Source: Streptomyces sp. NPDC092296
GTDB taxonomy: Bacteria; Actinomycetota; Actinomycetes; Streptomycetales; Streptomycetaceae
Direction: 5' to 3'
DNA length: 64,000 nt
Assembly: GCF_044755465.1 (NCBI RefSeq)
Contig: NZ_JBIVRB010000010.1
Span: 27,517 to 91,516 of the forward strand
Shown here: piece by piece, positions 42,960-52,612 of the stretch
Layout of the letters: each line of letters starts with the position of its first letter
Position numbering within the stretch: the first letter of the stretch is position 1
Program-made: the position numbers and the translations under genes
The notes under the pieces: model-generated
Told to the model about the DNA's origin: nothing
What the model saw: only the letters and a program-made list of their open reading frames with translations
The model's database searches: none

Positions 42960-44461
42960 GGTGCGCCCGGGGGCGTGAACGGCGGGCCCTGGGCGGGCAC
43001 GCCGTCCTCGATCAGCCGCCAGAGCGCGGCGGTGTCGGCGTGCTGTTCGATCAGGTCGCCCAGCCGGTCGAGGCGCTGCTCGCGGGCGGCGGCGAAGCTG
43101 CTGTCCGGTGCGGCGGTGAAGTCGCGTCCGGCGAGCCGGGCGACCTCGGTCAGGAAGGCGCGGCGGAAGCCGTCGTTCTCCAGCGCGCCGTGCCAGGTGG
43201 TGCCCCAGACGGCGCCGCTGCGGCAGCCGTCCAGAAACGGTTCGCCGCCCTCCACCGCGACCACGCCGTGGTGGATCTCGTACGCCTCCACCCGCTCGCC
43301 GTACGCCTGGCCGACCGGGCGGCCGAGGGTCTTCTCCCGGGCGAACTCCACCCGGACCGGCAGCAGCCCGAGGCCGGGCACCTCACCGGCCCGCGACTCC
43401 ACCCGGTCGACGATCAGCCGGGAGAGCATCTGGAAGCCGCCGCACACCCCCAGCACCGGCCGCCCGTCGGCGGCCCGCCGGGTGATCGCGTCGGCCAGGC
43501 CGCGTTCGCGCAGCCAGGCCAGGTCGGCCACGGTGGCCCGGGTGCCGGGCAGCACCACCAGGTCGGCGTCCGCGATCTCCTCCGGCCGCGACGCCCAGCG
43601 GACCAGCACTCCCGGCTCCTGCGCCAGCGCGTCCAGGTCGGTGAAGTTGGACAGCCTCGGCAGCCGCACCACCGCGACCCGCAGCACCTCGGCGCCGTAC
43701 GGGGCGGCCACCCCCTCGCCGCCCCGGTCCACGGCGGTGGCCAGGTCGAGGGAGTCCTCCGCGTCCAGCCAGAGCCCGGAGAGCATCGGCAGCACCCCCA
43801 TGACCGGACGGGACGTCAGCTTCTCCAGCATGTCCAGCCCGGGTTGCAGCAGCCGGACGTCGCCACGGAACTTGTTGACCAGCCAGCCCGCCACATGCCG
43901 CTGGTCCTCGGCGTCCAGCAGCGCCAGCGTCCCGTACATCGAGGCGAAGACCCCGCCCCGGTCGATGTCCCCGACCACCACCACCGGCAGTGCGGCGGCC
44001 GTGGCCAGGCCCATGTTGGCGATGTCCCGGTCGCGCAAGTTGATCTCGGCGGGGGAGCCGGCGCCCTCGCAGACCACCACGTCGAAGCGGTGCCGCAGCT
44101 CGGCCAGGCACTCCAGGGCCCGCGCCAGCAGCAGCGGCTTGCGCTCCCGGTAGTCCAGCGCGCCGACCTCGGCCACCGGGCGGCCCAGCAGCACCACCTG
44201 GCTGCGTCCGTCGCCGCCCGGCTTGAGCAGCACCGGGTTCATCGCCGCCTCGGGCGCCACCCGGGCGGCGGCCGCCTGCATCGCCTGGGCGCGGCCGATC
44301 TCGGCGCCGTCGGCGGTGACCATCGAGTTCAGCGACATGTTCTGCGCCTTGAACGGCGCCACCCTGACGCCCTGCCGGGCCAGCCAGCGGCAGATCCCGG
44401 CGGTGACCACGCTCTTGCCCGCGTCCGAGGTGGTCCCCGCCACCAGCAGCGCCCCGCTCAT
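42956..44461 (-). CDS. cobQ: Cobyric acid synthase
   Basis: ATG at 44461 gives [27 protein letters not shown]... The protein is CobQ/CbiP with a C-terminal GATase. ATGA overlap with the cbiB stop. The track ORF 42956..45283 is over-extended. Confidence 0.85.
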
Positions 44462-45438
44462 CGGCCCGCCCTCCGGCTGCGCAGCCGGCCGGCCGCCCAC
44501 CGCGCGGTGACGGTGGCGCCCAGCGCCAGCAGCCCCACCCGGCGGGACAGCAGGCACGCCCGCTCGATGTCCGCGACCTGGACCGGCCGCAGTTCCGCGC
44601 CCAGCACCGGGCGGTGCTCCACCCGGCTGCCGTACGCCAGTGTCCCGCCCAGCCGCACGCCCAGCGCCCCCGCGAACGCCGACTCGGCCTGCCCGGCGTT
44701 GGGGCTGGGGTGCGCCGAGCCGTCCCGCCGCCACACCCGCCAGGCCCGGCCCGGCTCGGGCGCGGCGGCGACGGTCAGCAGCGCGGTCAGCCGGGCGCCG
44801 GGCCAGCCCGCCACGTCGTCCAGCCGGGCGGCGGCCCAGCCGAAGCGGCGGTGGCGCGGGGTGCGGTGGCCGACCATGGCGTCCAGGGTGTTGACCGCGC
44901 GGAAGGCCAGCAGCCCGGGGGTACCGGCCAGGGCGCCCCAGGTCAGCGCGTTGACCACCGCGTCGGCGGTGTTCTCCGCGACGGACTCCACCACGGCGCG
45001 GGCCAGCTGCGGGCCGTCCAGGTGCTGCGGGTCGCGCCCGCACAGATGCGGCAGCCGGGCGCGGGCCGCGGCCAGGTCGCCCGTCTCCAGCGCGGCGGCG
45101 ATGGTGCGTGCCTCGCGGGACAGCGAGGTGCCGCCGAGCACCGTCCAGACGGCGCCCGCCGCCAGCAGCGCCCGCGCCGGGGCCCGGTGGCCGAGCGTCC
45201 GTTCGGCGGCGACCGCGCCGACCGCGACGGCGCCCACGCACAGGGCGGTGTGGACGGCGCCGGCGGCCCGGTGGTCGCGCCACAGGCGGCGCTCCAGCGC
45301 GGCGGCGGCGGTGCCGAAGGCGGCCACCGGGTGGCCGCGCCGGGGGTCGGCGAGCAGGGCGTCGACGGCGTACCCGGCGACCGCACCGACGGCGAAGGCG
45401 GTGGGCCCGGGTACGGCGCGCGCAACCGGCGTGCGCAC
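44458..45438 (-). CDS. cbiB: Adenosylcobinamide-phosphate synthase (CbiB/CobD family)
   Basis: In-frame GTG at 45438 gives [42 protein letters not shown]... (CbiB HP..FG motif), about 326 aa. The track ORF extends antisense through the riboswitch. Confidence 0.8.
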   Translation of the reverse strand: MRTPVARAVPGPTAFAVGAVAGYAVDALLADPRRGHPVAAFGTAAAALERRLWRDHRAAGAVHTALCVGAVAVGAVAAERTLGHRAPARALLAAGAVWTVLGGTSLSREARTIAAALETGDLAAARARLPHLCGRDPQHLDGPQLARAVVESVAENTADAVVNALTWGALAGTPGLLAFRAVNTLDAMVGHRTPRHRRFGWAAARLDDVAGWPGARLTALLTVAAAPEPGRAWRVWRRDGSAHPSPNAGQAESAFAGALGVRLGGTLAYGSRVEHRPVLGAELRPVQVADIERACLLSRRVGLLALGATVTARWAAGRLRSRRAGR

Positions 45439-45539
45439 GCCGGTCAGCCGCTGCGGCGGGTGGACGGGTGGGGGCGGGACGGCCCCGAGGGTCGGTCGGG
45501 TACCCGGGCAGCCTGCATCGCGCGTGTCCTCACTCAGGG

Positions 45540-45740
45540 TCCGCGCCCTGGATCGACGAGCCGGCGGCGAGAGTCTCCTGGCTTCCGGATCGGCACACCC
45601 CCGGGCCTTCCAGCGGCCGGTTCGCGGCTGCCGTGGCCATGGTTCGAGGGTGCTCCCCGGTGACAGTGGCGGGACCGCGCCGGATTCGCACCGGCTTCCT
45701 CTCCATGCCTCCGTACTGGCCCGAAGATCCCACCACGCGC
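45540..45740 (-). promoter_or_regulatory. Cobalamin (B12) riboswitch upstream of cbiB-cobQ-cobN operon (paralogue of the element at 30425-30650)
   Basis: The reverse complement contains GGAAGCCGGTGCGAATCCGGCGCGGTCCCGCCACTGTCACCGGGGAGCACCC and GGAAGCCAGGAGACTC, nearly identical to the core of the first riboswitch. Confidence 0.8.
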
Positions 45741-45822
45741 CCGGTCGCAGCGTCAACACGGTGCGGGGAGGGTTCGGTCACACTCCACCCCTGCGACCTG
45801 CGGCTCTGCCGGATGTGGCGGT

Positions 45823-46059
45823 CTGCGGTCGGGTGGGCGGGGGTGGTCGGGTGGGTGGGTCGTGGGGTCAGGCGGCTGTCTCGGCGCGGTGCGGGGGCCG
45901 TCCGGCGGTGGCGTGGGGCAGGCGGTGTACGGCCGGATGCGGGGGCCTGCGGTCGGGCGGGCGGGGGTGGTCGGGTGGGTGGGTCGTGGAGTCAGGCGGC
46001 CGTCTCGGCGCGGTGCCGGGGCCGCCCGGCGGTGGCGCGGGACAGGCGGTGTACGGCCA
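45823..46059. repeat. Tandem duplication of a ~112-bp G-rich unit (125-bp period), 2 copies
   Basis: The unit ctgcggtcgggtgggcgggggtggtcgggtgggtgggtcgtggggtcaggcggctgtctcggcgcggtgcgggggccgtccggcggtggcgtggggcaggcggtgtacggcc repeats 125 bp later with about 8 substitutions. Confidence 0.85.
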
Positions 46060-46424
46060 GATCGGCGGGCGCGGCGGGCCGGGCGGGGGCGGGCAGGGCG
46101 GTGGTGCCCGGGGCTGCTTCGGCCGGGGCGGCGGCCAGGCGGACCAGCCCCACCGCTCTGCCGAGCGGTTGCGCGGCGGCCCCCGGCAGCTCGTCCGCAG
46201 GCGGCGCGAACGCCCGGTCCTCCAGCCAGGACATCCCGAGCAGTAGCAGGAGCAGCAGCGGGGGGACCAGCAGGCCGACAAGCACGATCATGACTACCGC
46301 CTGGGTTCGGGCACGGAAGCGGCGGCAGCAGCGCTGCCCCGCCACGGGACGCCGGCCGCCGGGAAGCCTCACCCCGCACCGCGGCCTTCTCTGCGGCTTG
46401 CCGCCCTCGCCGCTCGCAAACGCC

Positions 46425-46625
46425 CCCCGGCCTGCCAAGCCCCGCAGCCCGCCAAGCCCCCCCGGCCCGCCAAGCCCCCCCGGCCCGCCAAGCCCCCCCG
46501 GCCCGCCAAGCCCCCCCGGCCCGCCAAGCCCCGCAGCCCGCCAATCCCCCCGGCCCGCCAAGCCTCCCAGCCCGCCAAGGCCCCCGGCCCGCGAAGACCC
46601 CGGCCCCGCGAACGCCCCCGCCCCG
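46425..46625. repeat. Tandem array of ~10 degenerate 18-bp units (cccgccaagcccccccgg)
   Basis: The array reads ...gcctgccaagccccgcagcccgccaagcccccccggcccgccaagcccccccgg... and continues with degenerate units to gcgaacgcccccgcc. It is not explained by any confident CDS. Overlapping ORFs translate only to PAKPPR, PPSPPG or GLGGPG repeats. Confidence 0.8.
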
Positions 46626-46687
46626 CGCACCCGCCGGTCGGCCGTGCGCCGGGAGTGCTCCCCTGGCCCGGTGGCGGGCGGCCCGGC

Positions 46688-47755
46688 ATGCTGAGCGCCA
46701 TGGACACGACGTGGATGCTGTACGGGGCCAACGGCTACACCGGCCGGCTGATCGCACACCTCGCCGTCGAACGCGGCCACCGCCCGCTGCTGGCCGGCCG
46801 GTCGGCGGCCCCGGTCGCCGCCCTCGCCGCAGAGCTGGGCCTGGAGCACCGGGTCTTCGACCTCACCGACGCCGCCGCCGTCCGCACCGCGCTGGCCGGG
46901 GTCGGCGCGGTCGCGCACTGCGCGGGGCCGTTCTCCGCCACCGCCGTGCCGCTGGCCGAAGCCTGCCTGGCCACCGGCACCCACTACCTGGACATCACCG
47001 GTGAGATCGACGTCTTCGAGCAACTGCACGCCCGGGACGGCGACGCCCGCGCGGCCGGGGTGGTGCTGCTGCCCGGGGCCGGCTTCGACGTGGTGCCCAC
47101 CGACTGCCTGGCCGCCATGGTCGCCGCCGAGGTCCCCGGCGCCGACCGGCTCGACCTGGCCGTGCTGCCCGGCCGCGGCCTCAGCCCCGGCACCGCCAGG
47201 ACCGTGCTGGAGGGCCTGGCGCTCGGCGGCCGGGCCCGGGTCGGCGGCCGGATCGTCCCGGTGCCGCCCGGTTGGCGCAGCGTACGGGCGGACTTCCCCT
47301 CCGGGCCGCGTACCGTCCACTCCATCCCCTGGGGCGATGTCGCCACCGCCCACCACTCCACCGGCATCCCCGGCACCACCACCTACGCCGCGCTGCCCGC
47401 CGCCGCCCGCCGCGCCCAGAGCCTGGCCGCCCCGCTGCTGCGCCGCCCCGCCGTGCGGCGCGCGGCCGGGCTGCTGGCGGACCGGCTGCTGCCCGGCCCG
47501 GACCGCGCCCACCGGGCCCGCTCCCGCGCCGAGGTCTGGGCCCGCGCCTCCGCCCCCTCCGGCGAGGCGGCCACCGCCGCCCTGAGCTGCCCGGACCCGT
47601 ACGACCTCACGGCCGACAGCGTGCTGCGCGCCGTCACCCTGCTGCTGGCCGCCGACCTCCCGCCGGGCACCCACACCCCGTCCACCGCCTTCGGCGCCGA
47701 CTTCGTCACCACCCTGGACGGGGTCAAGCTCACCGGCCCCACCCCGACCCCCTGA
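46688..47755 (+). CDS. Saccharopine-dehydrogenase-like NAD(P)-binding protein
   Basis: The protein M(LSAM)DTTWMLYGANGYTGRLIAHLAVERGH..AGRS has a Rossmann GxxGxxG motif at its N-terminus and matches the saccharopine dehydrogenase NADP-binding family by eye. ATG at 46688 or 46700. Confidence 0.65.
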   Translation: MLSAMDTTWMLYGANGYTGRLIAHLAVERGHRPLLAGRSAAPVAALAAELGLEHRVFDLTDAAAVRTALAGVGAVAHCAGPFSATAVPLAEACLATGTHYLDITGEIDVFEQLHARDGDARAAGVVLLPGAGFDVVPTDCLAAMVAAEVPGADRLDLAVLPGRGLSPGTARTVLEGLALGGRARVGGRIVPVPPGWRSVRADFPSGPRTVHSIPWGDVATAHHSTGIPGTTTYAALPAAARRAQSLAAPLLRRPAVRRAAGLLADRLLPGPDRAHRARSRAEVWARASAPSGEAATAALSCPDPYDLTADSVLRAVTLLLAADLPPGTHTPSTAFGADFVTTLDGVKLTGPTPTP

Positions 47756-47822
47756 AGCACCGACCCCCTGAGGCACCGGGCCCCTGAAGCGCCGACCCCC
47801 TGAAGCACCGGGCCCCGGGCCC
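47756..47822. repeat. Four tandem ~16-bp repeats (ccctgaagcaccgrsc) in convergent intergenic region
   Basis: The sequence ctgaagcaccgaccccctgaggcaccgggcccctgaagcgccgaccccctgaagcaccgggcc fills the entire gap between two convergent stops. Confidence 0.8.
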
Positions 47823-49232
47823 TCAGTGGCGGCCGGAGATCAGGTCGGCGACCCGGGCCAGCGGCGAGGTGGTGGCGCGGCCCCGGGACTCCTGGCGGTC
47901 GGCCGCGTGGTACGCCGCGTACAGGCCGTGGACGCCCAGCCAGCGCAGCGGCTCCACCTCCCAGCGGCGCACGGTGTGGCCGACCCACGGCAGCGCGGTC
48001 AGCTCGGTGCGCTCACCGAGCACCAGGTCGCGCAGGGTCCGCCCGGCCAGGTTGGTGGTGGTCACCCCGCTGCCGACATAGCCGCCGGCCCAGCCCAGGC
48101 CGGAGGCCCGGTCCAGCTCCACGGTGGAGCACCAGTCGCGCGGCACCCCCAGCACCCCGGCCCACGCCTGCTCGATCCGCGCCCCGGCGGCGGCCGGGAA
48201 GAACCGGGCCAGGATCTCCCGCAGCTGCCGCACCGTCCGCTGCTGGGTGCCGCCGTCGGCGTCGGTCCCCGAGCCGAACCGGTACGGCACCCCCCGGCCG
48301 CCCAGCGCGATCCGGTCGTCGGCGGTGCGCTGCGCGTACATGTACGCATGGGCGAAGTCGCCCAGCGTCTCCCGGCCCGCCCAGCCCACCTCGGCCCAGA
48401 ACGCGGCGGGCAGCGGCTCGGTGACGACCATGGCGGAGTTCATCGGCAGCCAGGTGCGCTTCTCGCCGCGCAACTGCGCGGTGAACCCCTCGGTGGCCCG
48501 CAGCACGAACTCGGCCGACACCTCCCCGTATGGGGTGACCGCCCGCGCCGGGCCGCCCGCACCGGCCGGCCGGATCTCCGTCACCGGCGTCGACTCATGG
48601 ATGCGCACCCCCATCGCCTCCACCACCCGGGCCAGCCCCCGGACCAGCTTGGCGGGCTGGACCCGGGCGCCGTGCGGCGTCCAGGTGCCGCCCAGCGCCC
48701 CCGCCACCCGGACCCGCTCCGCCGCCTGCTCGGCCGACAGCAGCTCCCGGTCGCTCTCCCCGAAGGCGTGCTCCTCGGCCACGAAGGACTCCAGCCGGGC
48801 CAGCTGCGCCGGGGTCCGGGCCACCTCCAGCACGCCGCCCTCGGCCACGTCCGCGTCGATGCCCTCGGCGGCGGCCACCCGGACCACCTCCCGCACCGCG
48901 CCGTTCATCGCCCGCTGCATCGCCTGGGCCGGCTCCCGCCCGTACCGGGCGGCGAACGCGCCGCGCCCGGCGAAGCCGTTGTACAGCCAGCCGCCGTTGC
49001 GCCCCGACGCGCCGTAGCCGCAGAAGCGGCGCTCCAGCAGCACCACCCGCAGCCCGGGGTCGGCCTGCTTCAGGTAGTACGCCGCCCACAGCCCGGTGAA
49101 GCCGCCGCCGACGATGCAGACGTCCGCCTCGGCCGGGCCGGGCAGCGCCGGGCGGGGCTCCGGCAGTCCGATCGAGGAGTACCAGAAGGACACCCCGCCG
49201 TTGCGGAGCGGGGCGGTGCCGGAGGGGGTCAC
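47823..49232 (-). CDS. FAD-dependent oxidoreductase (DAO / glycine-oxidase-like)
   Basis: The protein contains ..ADVCIVGGGFTGLWAAYYL.., a Rossmann FAD motif. The start is uncertain (GTG at 49232 or 49259), and the track's 517-aa version is over-extended. Confidence 0.7.
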   Translation of the reverse strand: MTPSGTAPLRNGGVSFWYSSIGLPEPRPALPGPAEADVCIVGGGFTGLWAAYYLKQADPGLRVVLLERRFCGYGASGRNGGWLYNGFAGRGAFAARYGREPAQAMQRAMNGAVREVVRVAAAEGIDADVAEGGVLEVARTPAQLARLESFVAEEHAFGESDRELLSAEQAAERVRVAGALGGTWTPHGARVQPAKLVRGLARVVEAMGVRIHESTPVTEIRPAGAGGPARAVTPYGEVSAEFVLRATEGFTAQLRGEKRTWLPMNSAMVVTEPLPAAFWAEVGWAGRETLGDFAHAYMYAQRTADDRIALGGRGVPYRFGSGTDADGGTQQRTVRQLREILARFFPAAAGARIEQAWAGVLGVPRDWCSTVELDRASGLGWAGGYVGSGVTTTNLAGRTLRDLVLGERTELTALPWVGHTVRRWEVEPLRWLGVHGLYAAYHAADRQESRGRATTSPLARVADLISGRH

Positions 49233-49467
49233 GGGAAACCTGCCTTGAGCTGCGGTCACGGGTCGGGGTCGTGCCCGGAGGCTATGCCAGGGCCGCCGAT
49301 CGGACAACGGACACCCTGTAAGGCGGCCGACGGCGCGCCCTACACCCCGTCGGCCCGACCCACCCGCCCGACTCACCCGCCCGACTCACCCGTCCGCCCG
49401 CGCACCGATGGCCGGGGCCCCGGGCGGGTAGTGGACTGGACAGAGGACGCGAGAGCGGGGAGCGGAT

Positions 49468-50586
49468 ATGCGATGGGGAACCGTGGCGGCCGTCGCCGCC
49501 GCCTCAGCGGTGGGAGCGGGCGCCGCCGCGCTGCTCGCCGGGCGCGCGGTGTCCGAGATAGCGGTACGGCCGCGCCGCCCGGGGCCGGCGTCGGTCGGCG
49601 GCCTGCGGGTGCACTCCACCGCGGCCGGCCGGGTGGCGCTCACCCGTACGCCGCAGGCGGCCAGGCGCGGCACCTACGCCCTGGAGTGGGACGGCGACGG
49701 GCACGCGGTGGTCGGTGACGTGCTGGAGACCACCTCGCAGACCGTCGTCCGCCGACTGGACCGGGTCGACGGCGTCCCGCCGGCCGTCGGCACCAAGGTC
49801 CGGCTGACCCCCCGGGTGCTGACCGGCGACCCGCTCTCGGCGCTCGGCCTGGACTACGCCGACACCTGGGTGCGCGGCGAACTCGGCCCGATGCCCGCCT
49901 GGTACGTCCCCGGAGTGCGCGACCTCTGGGTGATCGCCGTGCACGGCCTGGGCGCCGACCGGCAGCAGGTGCTGCCGCTGCTGCCGCTGCTGCACGGGTT
50001 CAGTCTGCCGGTGCTCGCCGTCTCCTACCGCAACGACGACGGCGCCCCGCCCTCCCCGGACGGCATCGGCCACTTCGGCCAGACCGAGTGGCGCGATGTC
50101 GAGGCCGCCATCGGGCTGGCGCTGGACAGCGGCGCCCGCCACCTGGTGCTGTACGGCTGGTCGCTCGGCGCCACCATGGCCCTCCAGGCGGCCGCCCGCT
50201 CCTCCTGGCGCGATGCCGTACGCGGCTTGGTCCTGGACTCCCCGATCCTCGACTGGCACACCACCGTCCGCCGCCAGGCCACCCGCCGGGGCGTGCCCGC
50301 CGCGCTGGCCGAGCTGGGCGCCCGCGCCGCCGAGGGGCGGGCCGGGGTCGACCTGGACAGCCTGGACCGGCTGGCCAGGGGCGACGGCCTGCACGTGCCC
50401 ACCCTGCTGCTGCACGGCCCCGGCGACACCGTGGCGCCCTGGCGGACCTCGCAGCGGCTGGCCGAGCGGTACGAGGACCTGGTGACCCTGCACACCGTCC
50501 AGGGCGCCGAGCACGCCGCCATGTGGAACGCCGACCCGGACGGCTACGAGGAGGCCCTGCGCCGCTTCCTCACCCCGCTGGTGTGA
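49468..50586 (+). CDS. Alpha/beta hydrolase with N-terminal membrane anchor
   Basis: The 372-aa protein has a hydrophobic N-terminus, a GWSLGA nucleophile elbow and a C-terminal HGPGDTVAP...H motif. Confidence 0.7.
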   Translation: MRWGTVAAVAAASAVGAGAAALLAGRAVSEIAVRPRRPGPASVGGLRVHSTAAGRVALTRTPQAARRGTYALEWDGDGHAVVGDVLETTSQTVVRRLDRVDGVPPAVGTKVRLTPRVLTGDPLSALGLDYADTWVRGELGPMPAWYVPGVRDLWVIAVHGLGADRQQVLPLLPLLHGFSLPVLAVSYRNDDGAPPSPDGIGHFGQTEWRDVEAAIGLALDSGARHLVLYGWSLGATMALQAAARSSWRDAVRGLVLDSPILDWHTTVRRQATRRGVPAALAELGARAAEGRAGVDLDSLDRLARGDGLHVPTLLLHGPGDTVAPWRTSQRLAERYEDLVTLHTVQGAEHAAMWNADPDGYEEALRRFLTPLV

Positions 50587-50812
50587 CGCACCCGGTGCGC
50601 CGCGCCCTGCCGGACACCTGCGGTTCTCCCCTGCTCCTCCCCTGCTCCTCCCGTAGTCCTCCCGGCGGACTCCTGCGGACCCGGCGACCTGCGGCCGAAG
50701 GCGGTCGGTGCGCCCGGTTTCGGCCGCCTTGACCCGTCCTCCGGCCGGTCCCGGGAAAGGTGGACGGCAGGCGATGTGACAGAACGCCCGTACACGGGGA
50801 AGACTGCACGGC

Positions 50813-52516
50813 GTGACGTCTCGGAACCCGCGCGACCGTGATGCCCCGCTCCCCTCCTCGCACCGACCCGATCGCCCCGCCGCAGAACCGGAGGCAGGGC
50901 CCGGGGCCGGAGACCGGAACGCCGCCCGTACCGGGCCGGGCGACGACGGTCGGCCCGCGCCCGCCGCACCCCACGGCCGGGCCGGTACCGCATCCCCGGC
51001 GGCCGGCCCCCGCAGCGGCGCCGCCGCCCCGGGCCGCCGCGTCGGCGCCACCGTCACCCGCCTCCCCGGAGCCGCCGGACCGCCCAGGACCACCGCCCCC
51101 GCCCCGGGCCGCCAGCTCGCCCCGCGCCGCCACCCCGGGCGCGGCGGCCGGCCCCCCGCGCCCGAGGGCTTCCCCGTCCCCGCCGAGCTGGCCCCGCTCG
51201 CCCGCCGGATGCTCGCCGACGCCGTCCGCATCTCCCGCTGGTCGGGCGAGCTGGACCGGGTCGACAAGCGCGGCGAACTGCTCCCCGAGGACGCCCGCGC
51301 CGCCGGCCGCGCGCTGGCCATGACCGTCGGCGCCGCCGCCAAGGCCTGGGGGCAGGCCCTGCTGACCGGCCTGGTCGAGCTGCGCGACGGTGGCTCGGGC
51401 CCCGGCTGGCGGCTGCACGCCTGGGAGCACGACGACGAGGCCGTGGTGCGCGGCTGGTCCGCGCTCTTCGACGCCTGGACGCTGCTCGCCCCGGTGCCGC
51501 CCGCCGCGCTGCGCGGCGTCTTCGCCGTCCTCGCCGGGCAGGCCGTGGACCAGGCGCCGCAGCTGCTCTCCTTCCTGCACCTGGTGGACGGCCCGGTGCC
51601 GGACGGCGAGCTGATGGAACTGCTCCGCCGCGGCCTGGACGAGCGCCGCCACGGCGCGGGCACCGGGCTGGCCGCGCTCTCCCCGGTGCCGCACGCCGCC
51701 TCCGCCGTCTCCGCGATCCGGGGCAGCGACCGGGCGGCCGACGCCGAGGAGGAGGACAGCGCCCCGCCCGCCCCGGCGGATGTCGCCGCCGTCCTGGAGT
51801 GGATGCTGGACGGCCTGATCGCGGTCGGCGCGGTGGTCCGCGAGCCCGAGGACGGCACGGGCGGCGAGCCCTCGGTGCGGCTCTCCCCGCTCGGCCACTG
51901 GGCGGTGCGGGCCAAGCTGGAGGAGATCTGCACGGTGGCGCAGACCGCCGCCGGGCACATCGAGCAGAGCGCCCTGGAACTGCTCACCGCCTGCGCCCGC
52001 TACTCGCCGGGACCGGCCCGCGCCGAGTACCGCGCCTGGGTGGCGGCCCGGCCGGTGGACCGGGCCGTCTCCGAGCTGCTGGAGGCCGCCCGGGGCGAGG
52101 ACGCCCTGCTGCGCGGCCTCGCCTTCGAGGCGCTGCGGGTGGCCGGCGGCACGGCCGAGCAGGCCGTCCGGGCGGCCGCCGAGGAGCCGGTGCTGCGCCC
52201 GTACGCGCTGCTCTGGCTGGCGGAGCAGTCGGACGAGGGCGTGGTCCCGGCGGATGTGCTGAGCCGGGAGGACGCCGCCTGGCTCTGGGTGGACACCGGC
52301 GCCGCCGTGCTGGACCACGGCGACACGGCGCTGCTGGTGGGCCATGTCGAGGCGGCCGCCGTGGGCGACCCCAACCGGCTGTTCACCCGGGCGCGGCAGT
52401 CCGGGCACCCCCGGGCGGCCTCGGTGCTGACCGCCGTCGCCTCCACCCACCCGGACCCGGCGGTCGCCCGCGCGGCGCGCCGGTCGGCCTTCAGCGTCCA
52501 CCACGGCGGCGCCTGA
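50813..52516 (+). CDS. Hypothetical protein, disordered Pro/Arg/Ala-rich N-terminus then helical Ala/Leu-rich domain
   Basis: The 567-aa ORF has plausible amino-acid composition in its C-terminal 430 aa. The opposite-strand ORF is Arg/Gly junk. No recognisable motif, and the start is uncertain. Confidence 0.4.
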   Translation: MTSRNPRDRDAPLPSSHRPDRPAAEPEAGPGAGDRNAARTGPGDDGRPAPAAPHGRAGTASPAAGPRSGAAAPGRRVGATVTRLPGAAGPPRTTAPAPGRQLAPRRHPGRGGRPPAPEGFPVPAELAPLARRMLADAVRISRWSGELDRVDKRGELLPEDARAAGRALAMTVGAAAKAWGQALLTGLVELRDGGSGPGWRLHAWEHDDEAVVRGWSALFDAWTLLAPVPPAALRGVFAVLAGQAVDQAPQLLSFLHLVDGPVPDGELMELLRRGLDERRHGAGTGLAALSPVPHAASAVSAIRGSDRAADAEEEDSAPPAPADVAAVLEWMLDGLIAVGAVVREPEDGTGGEPSVRLSPLGHWAVRAKLEEICTVAQTAAGHIEQSALELLTACARYSPGPARAEYRAWVAARPVDRAVSELLEAARGEDALLRGLAFEALRVAGGTAEQAVRAAAEEPVLRPYALLWLAEQSDEGVVPADVLSREDAAWLWVDTGAAVLDHGDTALLVGHVEAAAVGDPNRLFTRARQSGHPRAASVLTAVASTHPDPAVARAARRSAFSVHHGGA

Positions 52517-52545
52517 CCGCAGCCCGACGCCCGGAAGTGCCGACG

Positions 52546-52612
52546 GCCGCCGGGCTCAGGGCTTCTGAGGGCGCTCAGGGTTTCTCGGGGTGCTCAGGAC
52601 TTCTCGGGGCGC
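52546..52612. repeat. Three and a half tandem 19-bp hairpin-containing repeats (gctcagggyttctsrgggyg)
   Basis: The sequence ctcagggcttctgagggcgctcagggtttctcggggtgctcaggacttctcggggcgctcagggcc lies between convergent stops. Each unit contains ctcag...ctgag. Confidence 0.75.

Noticed and set aside
46425-46625. Possible CRISPR array (regular short repeats)
   Set aside because: The units are directly adjacent 18-mers with no unique spacers. There are no cas genes in the window and no repeat-spacer periodicity of 28-37 plus 30-40 bp.
45753-47776. Minus-strand ORFs (334 aa and 594 aa) through the repeat arrays and antisense to the saccharopine-DH-like gene
   Set aside because: The translations are GLGGPG, PAKPPR or Arg-rich repeats. 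The only protein-like piece is a short hydrophobic segment, and no start or SD could be supported. This is kept as a finding rather than a feature.
50570-52504. 644-aa minus-strand ORF antisense to the hypothetical protein gene
   Set aside because: Its Arg/Gly/Pro-dominated composition is typical of a wrong-frame high-GC translation. The plus-strand frame has normal composition.
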